Shown: positions 54,745-64,000 of the stretch, in pieces
Layout: the number at the start of each line of letters is the position of its first letter
Numbering within the stretch: position 1 is the first letter of the stretch
NCBI GenBank assembly: GCA_963675665.1
Contig: OY776510.1
Location: forward strand, 2,464,001 to 2,528,000
Direction of reading: 5' to 3'
DNA length: 64,000 nt
Source of the DNA: Spirochaetia bacterium
GTDB taxonomy: Bacteria > Spirochaetota > Spirochaetia > UBA9216
The notes under the pieces: model-generated
Told to the model about the DNA's origin: nothing
What the model saw: only the letters and a program-made list of their open reading frames with translations
The model's database searches: none
Position numbers and translations under genes: made by a program

Positions 54745-56994
54745 TCAAGTCTTACGAGGTTTGATTCTCCAACAGCGGTGGATGGTTTTCCGTCGTTCAA
54801 AATCAGGATCAATCGTCCGGTCGCTTATTTCAGTGATATCAAGATCATTCTCGAGTTCCGGGCTCATTTTAAATTTTCTGAAATTGTTACAGAACAGCAG
54901 GAGGCCGTCCGGAGCAAGTCTGGACACGGCCAGTCTTACAAGTTCTTCATGATCTTTTTGCAGATCAAAGATTGTGCGGCTTTTTGAATTCGAAAATGTC
55001 GGCGGATCAAGATATATAAAATCCCACCGGTTAACAGCGGATTTAAGCCATGTCAGGCAGTCGTCGCGAACGAAACTGTTGCCGGTTCTGAAACCGTTAA
55101 GTTTCATATTGGCTTCGGCCCAGTCAAGGTAGGTTTTTGAAGCATCAACGGAAGTTGTGGAAAGAGCGCCCCCGTCTGCAGCGTAGGCTGTGGCGGTTCC
55201 TGTGTAACAGAAAAGATTAAGAAAGCTTTTACCTTTTGCCTCATTTCGGATTAACTTCCGAATCGGACGGCTGTCGAGAAATATCCCGGTATCAAGATAA
55301 CTCGAGGTGTCTATAAAAAACTTCAACCCGTGTTCACTGAGAATGCGCCGTCCGGATATATCCGCTGCGCTGCCGGATTTCTCATACTGGCTGCTCCCGC
55401 GCTGCTTTTTTCGTTTCTTGATTTTTACCATGTCTTCCGGAAGTTCCAACCATGCCTGGACCGCCAGTACTGCTTCCCGCAGCCGGCCGGAGGCAGCTAC
55501 GGGATCAATTGTCTTCGGCGCGGCATATTCCTGAACAACCGCCTCCGGCGGGTAGATATCGACGGCTACGGAGTATTCGGGCATGTCGGCATCATACAGC
55601 CTGTAGCATTCAATCCGTTCCGTTTTCAACCAGCTTTTCAGCCGTTTCGCATTTTTTTTAAGCCTGTTGTATATCATCTGCGCGCCGGGAGACAGTTCCT
55701 CAAAGGAAGGATATCCCCGGCCGGTGAGCGCCATACTGTCGGAATCAGTTGTCTTTTCCCCTTTCTCCCCGTTTTGTACAGAATCGTTGCTTTCTTCCGG
55801 CCGATCGCTGAAAATCCTGAAGTGGGAGAGTGTGCACCGTATGCCGCCGTTGTATACGGTATTGATCTTGTCCGCGCGCATACCTAACGAATCGGAAAGT
55901 TCGCGGTGTCCCGTAAGAAGCGCAATTTTCCATCCGCCGTATACGCGTTTGAAAATCTCGCCCATTTTCCGGTAGAACAGCAGCATATCATCGTCTTTGT
56001 TCAGCCTTTCGCCGTACGGCGGATTTACTGCAAGCAGTCCCGGATTTTCAGGCGGAAGCTGTTTAAAGAAATCGCCCCGTTCAATACTGATAATCCCTGC
56101 CGAATACAGTTCGGCGGCGGCGCTTCCCCGAATGTTTGTACGGGCTGCGGTAACGGCTTTCGGATTGTTGTCGCGTCCTGTAAATAAAGGCACAGCGCCG
56201 TTTTTGTATGCATTTTTCAGTGCCGTTATTCCGGCCGCTTTGCGTTCAGCAGCCTCGGCTGTCAGGCTGTTCCAAAGGGTTTCGCTGTGATGAAGCCATT
56301 TCTCGAAACCGAAACGTCTTCGGTTTATTGCAGGCGCAATGTCGGCTGCAATAAGAGCTGCTTCGGTGACAAGCGTGCCTGAGCCGCACATAGGATCGAG
56401 AAAAAATGATCCGGCCGGCATGTCCGCCCATCCGGCCCGTATCAAAACGGCAGCAGCAGTGTTTTCGCGTATTCCGGCCTTTACCGTCTCAAGGCGGTAT
56501 CCACGTTTGTGCAGGCCTTCGCCCGACATATCAAGCGCTATCCCCCCTCTTTTGAGGGTAACATGAAGATGGAGCCTGATGTCGGGGTTTTTTGTATCAA
56601 TGTCGGGCCTGCGGCCGGATAGATTACGCGCCCGGTCTACTATTCCGTCCTTTACGGACAGCGCGGCATAGTCGGGGGTGCAGACCTTTGTTTTGGTGAG
56701 AGTAGAGTCGACGGCAAGTGTTGAATCAGGAGCGAAATGGTTCTCCCATTCAAAACTCTCAGCTGCTTTCCGGATATCGTCGGGAGATTCAACATCAAAT
56801 GAAACCAGAGGGAAAAGGATCCTGTTTGCAATTCTTGACCACAGGCATGCACGATAAGCGGTTTCTATGCTTCCGCTGAAACCGGCGCCGCCGTGGGCTA
56901 TCTGAATATCGGTTCCGCCTATGCTTTCAAGTTCATCTTTAAGAAGTTCTTCAAGATAAAAAGGGCAGGTTGCAAAAAATGTATAACTGTTCAT
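54745..56994 (-). CDS. rlmKL: Bifunctional 23S rRNA methyltransferase RlmKL
   Basis: CLWSRIANR, THUMP, LHKRGYR, DPMCGSGT, NPPYGER, YRLYDADMPEY, FLNLFCYTG, DPPTFSNSK. Confidence 0.95.
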   Translation of the reverse strand: MNSYTFFATCPFYLEELLKDELESIGGTDIQIAHGGAGFSGSIETAYRACLWSRIANRILFPLVSFDVESPDDIRKAAESFEWENHFAPDSTLAVDSTLTKTKVCTPDYAALSVKDGIVDRARNLSGRRPDIDTKNPDIRLHLHVTLKRGGIALDMSGEGLHKRGYRLETVKAGIRENTAAAVLIRAGWADMPAGSFFLDPMCGSGTLVTEAALIAADIAPAINRRRFGFEKWLHHSETLWNSLTAEAAERKAAGITALKNAYKNGAVPLFTGRDNNPKAVTAARTNIRGSAAAELYSAGIISIERGDFFKQLPPENPGLLAVNPPYGERLNKDDDMLLFYRKMGEIFKRVYGGWKIALLTGHRELSDSLGMRADKINTVYNGGIRCTLSHFRIFSDRPEESNDSVQNGEKGEKTTDSDSMALTGRGYPSFEELSPGAQMIYNRLKKNAKRLKSWLKTERIECYRLYDADMPEYSVAVDIYPPEAVVQEYAAPKTIDPVAASGRLREAVLAVQAWLELPEDMVKIKKRKKQRGSSQYEKSGSAADISGRRILSEHGLKFFIDTSSYLDTGIFLDSRPIRKLIRNEAKGKSFLNLFCYTGTATAYAADGGALSTTSVDASKTYLDWAEANMKLNGFRTGNSFVRDDCLTWLKSAVNRWDFIYLDPPTFSNSKSRTIFDLQKDHEELVRLAVSRLAPDGLLLFCNNFRKFKMSPELENDLDITEISDRTIDPDFERRKTIHRCWRIKPRKT

Positions 56995-57000
56995 TTCGGA

Positions 57001-57612
57001 TCACTTAAGTGTTGTGCGGATAAACGACGTCAGAACCTGGAGGGCCATTTGATTATAGCCGCCTTCCGGAATTATCAGATCCGCAAATGTTTTGGTCGGT
57101 TCGATGAATTCGATGTGCCCGGGGCGCACCACTTCCATATACTGTTTGATTACTGAATCGACTGTACGGCCGCGCTCTTCTATATCGCGTTTCATTCTGC
57201 GTATGAATCGTACGTCTGAGGGTGTGTCTACGAACAACTTCAGATCAACAAGATCGCGGACCCGTTTGTCCGAATAGATCATTATCCCTTCATAGATAAT
57301 AACTTTTCTGGGTTCCACAAGAACTGTTTTATCAGCTCTGCAGTGATGGACAAAATCATATTGAGGCATATCAACAGCTTTGCCGTTTTTTAGGAATGAA
57401 AGCTGCTCGTAAAGCAGTTCGGTATCGAACGCATCGGGATGATCGAAATTGAAGCCGGTGATATTCTGGTTATTTACGTATTTGGCTGATTTATAATAGT
57501 TGTCCTGCGGTACAAAGGCAAAATCGGGTACTATTTCTTCAATCTGGCGCACAATTGTTGTTTTTCCGGAACCGGACCCGCCGCAGATTCCTATGATATA
57601 TGTTCTATCCAT
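57001..57612 (-). CDS. udk: Uridine kinase
   Basis: GGSGSGKTT, QDNYYK, NFDHPDAFD, RR.KRDIEERGR, FIEPTK; start trimmed to MDRTY. Confidence 0.93.
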   Translation of the reverse strand: MDRTYIIGICGGSGSGKTTIVRQIEEIVPDFAFVPQDNYYKSAKYVNNQNITGFNFDHPDAFDTELLYEQLSFLKNGKAVDMPQYDFVHHCRADKTVLVEPRKVIIYEGIMIYSDKRVRDLVDLKLFVDTPSDVRFIRRMKRDIEERGRTVDSVIKQYMEVVRPGHIEFIEPTKTFADLIIPEGGYNQMALQVLTSFIRTTLK

Positions 57613-57674
57613 ATTCCGGATTATATGATTTTTCAAAGCAGATGTCGAGCTGACCTGATTCTGTTTAATAAATA

Positions 57675-58490
57675 TCACCTGAAGGATGAGGCGTTGCTTA
57701 TCGTTACGTGCGGATACGGTATTTCAACGCCGGCTTTTTTGAATTCCTCCAGGATATGTTTCATAATGGAATTTCTTGTTTCTACATACTGATTTTTGTC
57801 AAACCAGATTCCGAATTTCAGTTCAATTCCGGAATTCTCAAATGACTTAATCATAATAAAAGGTCCGGGTTCATCGAGACAGTAAATATTATCCGAAGCG
57901 ACTTTTTTTAATATAGTGATAATTTGATCCAAATCTGAACTGTAGGCAACGGACAGAACAAGGTCCATTCTGCGAACCGGAAACCTGGTAATGTTAATTA
58001 CATCAGTTGTAATAAGTGTTTCATTCGGAATTCGAATCAGCAGGTTGTCGTATGTTTTAAGTTTTATAGATAATAACTCAACTGAATGAACGGTTCCTGT
58101 TTTGTCTCCTACTGTTATTGAGTCTCCAATTTCAAAACTCTTTTCGGTAACCATGAAAAATCCGCTGATAATATTTCCAAGACTTTTTTGTGAAGCAACA
58201 CCCAATGCAATACCCAGAACCCCGGCGGCTCCAAGCAACGCAGTCAGGCTTATCCCCAACTCCGAGAGAACAATAATTAGAATAATCAGGAACCCGGTGT
58301 AATTGATAAGTTTGAGCATCAACATCTGGTTCTGTCTGTTTGAATGTTTGAAAAAAGTTCTGACAAGAAGAATCCTGACCAGTCGAATGATTATCATTCC
58401 GGCAATAATAAACGCAATAATCTTGAAAATCTGGTTATATGATAAATTTGTGAGAAACCCTTTTATTGTATCAAAATTCAAATTTTCCAT
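57675..58490 (-). CDS. mscS: Small-conductance mechanosensitive channel (MscS family)
   Basis: LLGAAGVLGIALGVASQ, GNIISG, FEIGD, IRIPN, EIPYP. Confidence 0.9.
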   Translation of the reverse strand: MENLNFDTIKGFLTNLSYNQIFKIIAFIIAGMIIIRLVRILLVRTFFKHSNRQNQMLMLKLINYTGFLIILIIVLSELGISLTALLGAAGVLGIALGVASQKSLGNIISGFFMVTEKSFEIGDSITVGDKTGTVHSVELLSIKLKTYDNLLIRIPNETLITTDVINITRFPVRRMDLVLSVAYSSDLDQIITILKKVASDNIYCLDEPGPFIMIKSFENSGIELKFGIWFDKNQYVETRNSIMKHILEEFKKAGVEIPYPHVTISNASSFR

Positions 58491-58493
58491 AAT

Positions 58494-59237
58494 TTATCCT
58501 GTATATAAATTTTTAATAAAATAAAAACTTCTTTTAAGGATGTTCTTATCCTTTTCTGATCTCGGCGGAGACAATAATACTGTCTCATTGCCTGAAAGAG
58601 GCGGAGTTTTTTTATATGTAATCTGACTAATCTGCTCCTGGCCGCTGAAAGTAATTATAACCGGGCTTGCGATCAGGGTGTCGCCGTCTTTATAGACTGA
58701 TAAATACGGGGCCCTGAGAATCATCTTCTCAAATTCGAGACTCTGTGATGATTTATTCGATATTGTTACGGGGCAGTAAACGCTGTAATTCTTTTCAGTG
58801 TAGTCTGAAATGCTGGAATGCATCGAGGTTTCCATGTAATACGCGAATTCTCCGTTCTCTGAGTTACCGAAAAAACTTTTGGACAGAGGATCCAGTTCCA
58901 CTTCGCAAAGGAAATTCTTATTTTGCTTCGAACCGTAAAATAATCGTATTACAAACGGTACTTCGATAAACACCTCAAGTTTTTTAGACGGCAGGATGGA
59001 TATCTTCTGTACGGGTTTCAGTATAATCGGTAAAGGGGGCAGGCCCGGTTCGATATAAATATTTTGTCCGTCTCCTGTTATGAACCTGTTTTCACACGGC
59101 TGTACTTCAGTATTACTGATTATCAACAGTTCATTTTTAATTTTACGGATTTCCAGAGACTGGTTCCGGGGCAGTTTCAGTTGAAGAGCGGCGTCGCCTG
59201 TTTCGATTTTTCCCCATGGAATTATATTTTCATCCAC
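58494..59237 (-). CDS. DUF432-like protein
   Basis: P.LP.LPIILKP...I.P....FIEVP, LSKSFFG...GE.AY, CPVTISN, LRAPYLSVY; coupled to mscS. Confidence 0.7.
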   Translation of the reverse strand: MDENIIPWGKIETGDAALQLKLPRNQSLEIRKIKNELLIISNTEVQPCENRFITGDGQNIYIEPGLPPLPIILKPVQKISILPSKKLEVFIEVPFVIRLFYGSKQNKNFLCEVELDPLSKSFFGNSENGEFAYYMETSMHSSISDYTEKNYSVYCPVTISNKSSQSLEFEKMILRAPYLSVYKDGDTLIASPVIITFSGQEQISQITYKKTPPLSGNETVLLSPPRSEKDKNILKRSFYFIKNLYTG

Positions 59238-59264
59238 TGTATAACCTCTTGAAAAATGATAACT

Positions 59265-59325
59265 GTAAATCCAGGGTTAATCACTAAAAACTGCGGTTGA
59301 AAACCAACGTTTTACAGATCCCCTG
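59265..59325. repeat. Palindromic dispersed repeat, family A copy 2
   Basis: GTAAATCCAGGGTTAATCACTAAAAACTGCGGTTGAAAACCAACGTTTTACAGATCCCCTG aligns end to end with 9004-9065. Confidence 0.72.
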
Positions 59326-59390
59326 ATATGAATTATACAAAAAAAACCTGTATGCTACCATTTAATTCTGAATTATAATATATTATATCT

Positions 59391-59431
59391 GAGGTAGAAA
59401 CTTCAAAACCTCCGGGTTTTGAAATTCCTTC
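59391..59431. repeat. Palindromic dispersed repeat, family B copy 2
   Basis: TTCAAAACC-tccg-GGTTTTGAA-ATTCCTTC; right arm identical to 23317-23331. Confidence 0.55.
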
Positions 59432-59471
59432 ATTTTTATAAAAATTATTATAAAGGGTGGTATTATTTAAT

Positions 59472-60530
59472 ATGACCAGATTTCTCAGTAAAAGAGGAGC
59501 TGTCTTGGATAAACGGCCCGGAGAAATGGTCTATATAGGGAAAAATCCTTCCAGAGAAACAAGGATAGATTTGATATCCTATGACGGTAAAAATCTGACG
59601 GAAAAAGAAAATATTAAAACGGATGTTCTGTTATCTTTAGAGGATAATAAATCTTCCTGGATTAATGTAGAAGGTCTTTCCGATCTGAAAGCGATGGAAG
59701 CTGTTAAAACTGCTTTTAATATAAACCCGTTGATAGCCGCTGATATAATCAATACGGGATCAAGGCCGAAATGCCTGGAAACCGGCTCTGCCGTATATGT
59801 TGTTTTAAAGATGCTTGTCTATGATGATGAAAAGGATATTATTGTTTCAGAACACTTAAGCCTGCTGATACATAAAAACATTTTAATTACTTTTCAGGAA
59901 GCCGAAGGTGATGTTTTCAGTCTGATAAGGGAAAGGCTGATTGATGCCGGAACCAGGATCAGGAATGCCGGCGTAGAGTATCTTGCATATTCGTTAATGG
60001 ACTCGGTTGTTGATAATTATTTTAGAATACTTCAGAACCTGGCCGATAGAATTGAAGAAGTTGAAGAGCTGCTGCTGGAAGACCCTGATAAAAAGGTATT
60101 AAAGCAGATTATATTTCTGAAAAAGGAATTACTGTTTCTGTCGAAAGCGGTAAAACCTGCCAGGGAAGCTGTCAAATATCTGATTGACAGCAAACCGGAA
60201 CTTGTCCGGCCCAGCCTGGAATATTTTTCAGACCTTTATTCCAATATTACCCAGGTAGTAGAAGCCATTGATCTGTATAAAGAGATAACTACCCATCAGC
60301 AGAACACATATGATACCCATATGAATCATAAGCTGAATGAAATAATGAAGTTTCTTACAATATTCTCGGTCATCTTTCTTCCTTTGACATTGATTACCGG
60401 AATCTACGGAACAAATTTTGATTTTATTCCCGAACTGCATTTTAAATACGGATACCTGTTTTTATGGGGTTTGCTGGTTTTTTGTGCAGTGTTTATGATT
60501 TTATTATTCAAGAAAAAGAAATGGCTTTAG
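59472..60530 (+). CDS. corA: Magnesium/cobalt transporter CorA
   Basis: WINVEGL, RPK, TFQE, YLAYSLMD.VVDNY, MKFLTI...PLT.ITGIYGTNF..PEL (GTN in place of GMN); alternative GTG start at 59457. Confidence 0.92.
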   Translation: MTRFLSKRGAVLDKRPGEMVYIGKNPSRETRIDLISYDGKNLTEKENIKTDVLLSLEDNKSSWINVEGLSDLKAMEAVKTAFNINPLIAADIINTGSRPKCLETGSAVYVVLKMLVYDDEKDIIVSEHLSLLIHKNILITFQEAEGDVFSLIRERLIDAGTRIRNAGVEYLAYSLMDSVVDNYFRILQNLADRIEEVEELLLEDPDKKVLKQIIFLKKELLFLSKAVKPAREAVKYLIDSKPELVRPSLEYFSDLYSNITQVVEAIDLYKEITTHQQNTYDTHMNHKLNEIMKFLTIFSVIFLPLTLITGIYGTNFDFIPELHFKYGYLFLWGLLVFCAVFMILLFKKKKWL

Positions 60531-60542
60531 CAGTAATTTAGC

Positions 60543-60590
60543 TTGAAATAACAGCTTTTCACCATTATTATATTACGACCGGTCGGTCGT
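60543..60590 (+). promoter_or_regulatory. Sigma70-like promoter plus palindromic operator upstream of the second paaK
   Basis: TTGAAA-N17-TATTAT, then perfect ACGACCG-gt-CGGTCGT (60575-60590) over the predicted +1. Confidence 0.65.
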
Positions 60591-60624
60591 TTCCTGGCCC
60601 CCGGATTTAGTGAAGGAGTAGAAG

Positions 60625-61926
60625 ATGATCTGGAATGAAAAGATAGAAACAATGCCCCAGTCAGATCTTGAAAAGAAGCAGCTTGAGAGCCTGGTGAAGC
60701 TGGCTGAAACGCTGTATACAAAAGTGGAATTCTACCGAAGGAAATTTGACAAGCTCGGTGTTAAACCCTCTGATCTTCAGAGTATGAAGGATATAGCAAA
60801 GTTGCCCTTCACGACAAAGGATGAGCTTCGTGAAACTTATCCGTATGGTCTTCTTGCAATCGATGAATCGGAAATAGTTGAGATTCATCAGTCATCAGGA
60901 ACAACAGGGACCCCTGTAGTAGACGCATATACCCGGAAAGATATTGACATCTGGTCGGAAGCCATGGCCCGCTGTCTTACCATGGCCGGCGCCGGAAAGA
61001 ATGATGTTATACAGAATGCCTACGGGTACGGCCTTTTTACAGGTGGTCTCGGCGTTCATTACGGTGCACGCGCAATAGGCGCCAATGTAATACCCATTTC
61101 GGGCGGGAATACCGAGCGGCAGCTCAAGGTTATGAAAGACTTCGGCTCCACATTTTTAACCTGTACCCCGTCCTATTCGCTTTATATTGCCGAGTTTGCC
61201 GCGGAAAGCGGAATTCCCATGAAGGACATGAAACTGAAAGCCGGTGCATTCGGCGCCGAACCGTGGACGGAAGAAATGCGCAAAGAAATGGAAGCGCAGC
61301 TTCAGCTTGATGCTTTCGACATTTACGGATTAACCGAGATTATAGGACCGGGTGTTGCAAATGAATGTGAATGCAAGGACGGGCTTCATGTTAATGAAGA
61401 CCTTTTCTACCCTGAAATAATTGATCCTGAAACAGGTGAACCGCTGCCGGACGGTGAAAAAGGCGAGCTTGTTTTTACTACGCTGACCAAGGAGGGAACT
61501 CCTATTCTGCGTTACCGGACACGCGATATAACCTATCTTACACGCGGTAAGTGCGCCTGCGGCCGAACCAGCGTAAAAATGCATAGACTTATGGGCAGAA
61601 CCGATGATATGCTTATAATACGCGGGGTAAATGTATTCCCGACCCAGATAGAGGAGATTCTGGTCCAGATGGAAGAGACACAGCCTCACTATCAGATCGT
61701 TGTCGACCGCGGACAGAAACACCTTGACGAAGTTGAGGTTTGGGTTGAGGTTAAAGACGAGTTCTTTTCGGATGAAACCAAGATGATGGAGAGCCTCAGG
61801 GCCCGGATTGATCATGAGATGAAAAGCCGGCTTGGAATTCATGCGAAAATCAAGCTTGTTGAGCCGAAATCAATTGAACGAAGCATAGGGAAGGCAAAAC
61901 GCGTTATCGACAAGCGTAATCTTTAG
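60625..61926 (+). CDS. paaK: Phenylacetate--CoA ligase (second paralog)
   Basis: [64 protein letters not shown]. Confidence 0.93.
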   Translation: MIWNEKIETMPQSDLEKKQLESLVKLAETLYTKVEFYRRKFDKLGVKPSDLQSMKDIAKLPFTTKDELRETYPYGLLAIDESEIVEIHQSSGTTGTPVVDAYTRKDIDIWSEAMARCLTMAGAGKNDVIQNAYGYGLFTGGLGVHYGARAIGANVIPISGGNTERQLKVMKDFGSTFLTCTPSYSLYIAEFAAESGIPMKDMKLKAGAFGAEPWTEEMRKEMEAQLQLDAFDIYGLTEIIGPGVANECECKDGLHVNEDLFYPEIIDPETGEPLPDGEKGELVFTTLTKEGTPILRYRTRDITYLTRGKCACGRTSVKMHRLMGRTDDMLIIRGVNVFPTQIEEILVQMEETQPHYQIVVDRGQKHLDEVEVWVEVKDEFFSDETKMMESLRARIDHEMKSRLGIHAKIKLVEPKSIERSIGKAKRVIDKRNL

Positions 61927-62042
61927 GAGGAATGATAAAAACACCTCCGTGTGTTTTTATCATTTTAAAGTTTGATAAGCGTCGCTCATCAAACTTCCGC
62001 TCTTTCAGCCCGCATCCTTGCGGGAATTTTTTATAGGAGGAA
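61924..62042. mobile_element. MITE-like three-hairpin element flanked by 9-bp direct repeats TAGGAGGAA
   Basis: Direct repeats at 61924-61932 and 62034-62042; stems at 61931-61964, 61968-61996, 62009-62024. Confidence 0.55.
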
Positions 62043-62045
62043 ATA

Positions 62046-62462
62046 ATGGCGTTAAAGCAGATTTCAGTTTTTCTTGAAAATAAATCAGGTCGGCTTGCAG
62101 AGGTAAGCGGGCTTATCAGTGATGCGGGAATTAATTTCAGGGCTATAAGTATTGCCGACACCGCTGATTTCGGAATCCTCAGAATGATTGTAGATAAACC
62201 AGATGATGCGCTGAAGTTACTGGAAGATAATGGTTTTACAGCCAAGGAAAATCTTGTGCTGGGGGTTGAGGTTGAAGACCATCCGGGAGGAATGGCCGGA
62301 GTTATGAAACTGTTCGATGAAAACAAGGTCAATATTGAGTATCTTTATTCTTCGCTTGAGAGCGGAACCGAGAAAGCGGTTATCATCTTCAAGGTTGAAG
62401 ATGTAAAACGCGGAATCGAGATCCTTGAAAAATTCAAGATAAACAGAATCTCGCACTTCTAA
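62046..62462 (+). CDS. Tandem ACT domain protein
   Basis: KQISVFLENKSGRL, INFRAISIADT.DFGILR, VEDHPGG, NIEYLY. Confidence 0.92.
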   Translation: MALKQISVFLENKSGRLAEVSGLISDAGINFRAISIADTADFGILRMIVDKPDDALKLLEDNGFTAKENLVLGVEVEDHPGGMAGVMKLFDENKVNIEYLYSSLESGTEKAVIIFKVEDVKRGIEILEKFKINRISHF

Positions 62463-62485
62463 TATTCATATAATACAATAACTGT

Positions 62486-62520
62486 AAGGGCTGTTCAGGA
62501 TATATTGAACAGCCCTTTTT
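62486..62520 (+). terminator. Intrinsic terminator
   Basis: AAGGGCTGTTCA-loop-TGAACAGCCCTT then TTT. Confidence 0.8.
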
Positions 62521-62647
62521 AAATTCCTGTCTATTTATGCATTATTTTCCTTTACAAGCTTCCAATCTGATTCTATAATTTATATATCTTAGAATAAATA
62601 TATATCGATAATACATTATAGATATTGTCAGATATTTTGGAGGAGAA

Positions 62648-64000
62648 ATGACAAAGAAATACGTTATAATCGGCGGTTCGGCCGCGGGTCCGAAAACGGC
62701 CTCAAAGATCAGAAGAATGGCTCCGGAAGCTGAAATAACAATGATTCAGAAAAGTAAATATCTTTCCATGGCGTCATGCGGGTATCCTTATTTTGTAGGC
62801 GGAGTTTTTGACGATCCGAATCAGCTTATCGCTACACCAACAGGTGTTCAGCGGGATCCTACCTTCTTTATGAATGTGAAAAACATCAAGGCAATCAATT
62901 CAACCGAGGTTACATCAATTGATCGTAAGAATAAGAAGGTATTGATGACGAATCTCGACTCCGGAGAGGAATCGGAGATGCCGTACGACAAACTGTTTAT
63001 CGGAACCGGAGCAAATGCAATTGTACCGCCTTTACCGGGTAAAGACCTTGAAGGCGTTAAAACTGTTTCAAGTATGGAAGATGCAATTTATCTTAAAGAC
63101 AGATTGAAAAAGGATGACATCAAGAAAGCTGTTATTGTCGGCGGCGGGCTTATCGGAATAGAGACCTGTGAAGCTCTTGAGCTTGGCGGGGTTGATATAA
63201 CAGTTGTCGAGATGCTTGATCAGATCCTGTCCTTTCTTGACTGGGAGATGGCTAAACATGTTGAGAACTATCTAAAAAGCAAGGGAAGCAAGGTTATTAC
63301 CGGTATCGGAGTAACCGAGTTTCTGGGAAAAGACGGAAAAATCTCCGGAGTGAAACTTTCAGACGGCAGGGTTCTTGATTGTGATCTGGCTGTAGTATCA
63401 ATCGGTGTCCGACCCAATTCAAAGCTTGCTGCAGACGCCGGCCTGATTATCGGTCAGAAAGGCGGAATTGAGGTTAATACTTTCATGCAGACATCTGATC
63501 CCGATATATTTGCCGGAGGCGACTGTGTTGAGGTAACAAATCTCGTAACCCATAATAAAAATCCGTGGCCTATGGGAGATGCTGCTAATCTTCAGGGGCG
63601 TGTTGCGGCGCAGAACATGGTCCTCGGCAATAATGTTGAATATGAGGGAATGATAGGAACCGGTATATGTAAGATTTTTGATTATGTAGCGGGCTCCACA
63701 GGTCTTTCGGAAAAACAGGCGGCAAGGCTCGGCTACACCAATATTATGACTGCAATACAGGCTGCTCCCGACAAACCGGGATTCATGGGCGCAAAGCCTA
63801 TTATTATCAAGCTTGTGGCTGATAAAACTACTTGCAGATTACTCGGAATGCAGGCTGTCGGGCTGGGCGATGTTTCAAAACGTCTTGCAATAGGCGCTAT
63901 GGCCGTACATGCAAAAATGAGGGTATATGATCTTGTAAACCTTGATTTGCCCTATGCTCCACCGTTCTCACCGGCAATAGATAACTTCATTGTAGCCGCA
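62648..64000 (+). CDS. CoA-disulfide reductase/NADH (persulfide) oxidoreductase family flavoprotein, 3'-truncated (not in ORF track)
   Basis: SD GGAGGAG; MTKKYVIIGGSAAG, SMASCGYPY redox Cys, GGGLIGIE, TSDPDIFAGGDC, LDLPYAPPFS; no stop seen before the window end. Confidence 0.9.
   Translation, partial: MTKKYVIIGGSAAGPKTASKIRRMAPEAEITMIQKSKYLSMASCGYPYFVGGVFDDPNQLIATPTGVQRDPTFFMNVKNIKAINSTEVTSIDRKNKKVLMTNLDSGEESEMPYDKLFIGTGANAIVPPLPGKDLEGVKTVSSMEDAIYLKDRLKKDDIKKAVIVGGGLIGIETCEALELGGVDITVVEMLDQILSFLDWEMAKHVENYLKSKGSKVITGIGVTEFLGKDGKISGVKLSDGRVLDCDLAVVSIGVRPNSKLAADAGLIIGQKGGIEVNTFMQTSDPDIFAGGDCVEVTNLVTHNKNPWPMGDAANLQGRVAAQNMVLGNNVEYEGMIGTGICKIFDYVAGSTGLSEKQAARLGYTNIMTAIQAAPDKPGFMGAKPIIIKLVADKTTCRLLGMQAVGLGDVSKRLAIGAMAVHAKMRVYDLVNLDLPYAPPFSPAIDNFIVAA

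Noticed and set aside
62575-62630. ArsR/BigR-type operator (TATATAT...ATATATA) upstream of the CoA-disulfide reductase-like gene
   Set aside because: Low-complexity AT sequence; symmetry is expected by chance
1-64000. CRISPR array, tRNA/rRNA, prophage, transposase, recognisable defence system
   Set aside because: No regularly spaced repeats, cloverleaf or rRNA signatures, or diagnostic protein motifs found by eye

Overview
Chromosomal segment of an anaerobic, free-living-type spirochaete (inferred Spirochaetales; signal peptides of the 'VFAGGKQE' type, spirochaete-typical TPR/transglutaminase-like and DUF4032-like proteins). About 55 CDSs. I saw no rRNA, tRNA, CRISPR array, integrase or transposase. 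Housekeeping content: PPi-type phosphofructokinase, a polar amino-acid ABC transporter, dppABCDF, UDPGP-type uridylyltransferase, parvulin, thioredoxin, leuCD, rlmKL, udk, mscS, corA and a CoA-disulfide-reductase-like flavoprotein truncated at the window end. An aryl-acid/aromatic amino-acid block (aminotransferase, iorAB, two paaK, ACT protein, beta-alpha ADP-forming acyl-CoA synthetase) is also present. Main points of interest: (1) a molybdenum-cofactor (Moco) riboswitch controlling a secreted Ig-like protein plus a type II (FecCD/MolBC-like) ABC importer, a candidate Mo/W or metal-pterin uptake system; (2) a three-gene envelope operon of an OM beta-barrel/transglutaminase-like/TPR protein, an Ig/beta-helix lipoprotein and a 1197-aa Ig/VWA protein; (3) an in-frame DUF2239-amidase fusion; (4) two dispersed palindromic repeat families and a MITE-like insertion with a 9-bp direct repeat; (5) two small ORFs missed by the ORF track; (6) widespread apparent leaderless genes. 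All family calls are by motif recognition, without database searches.
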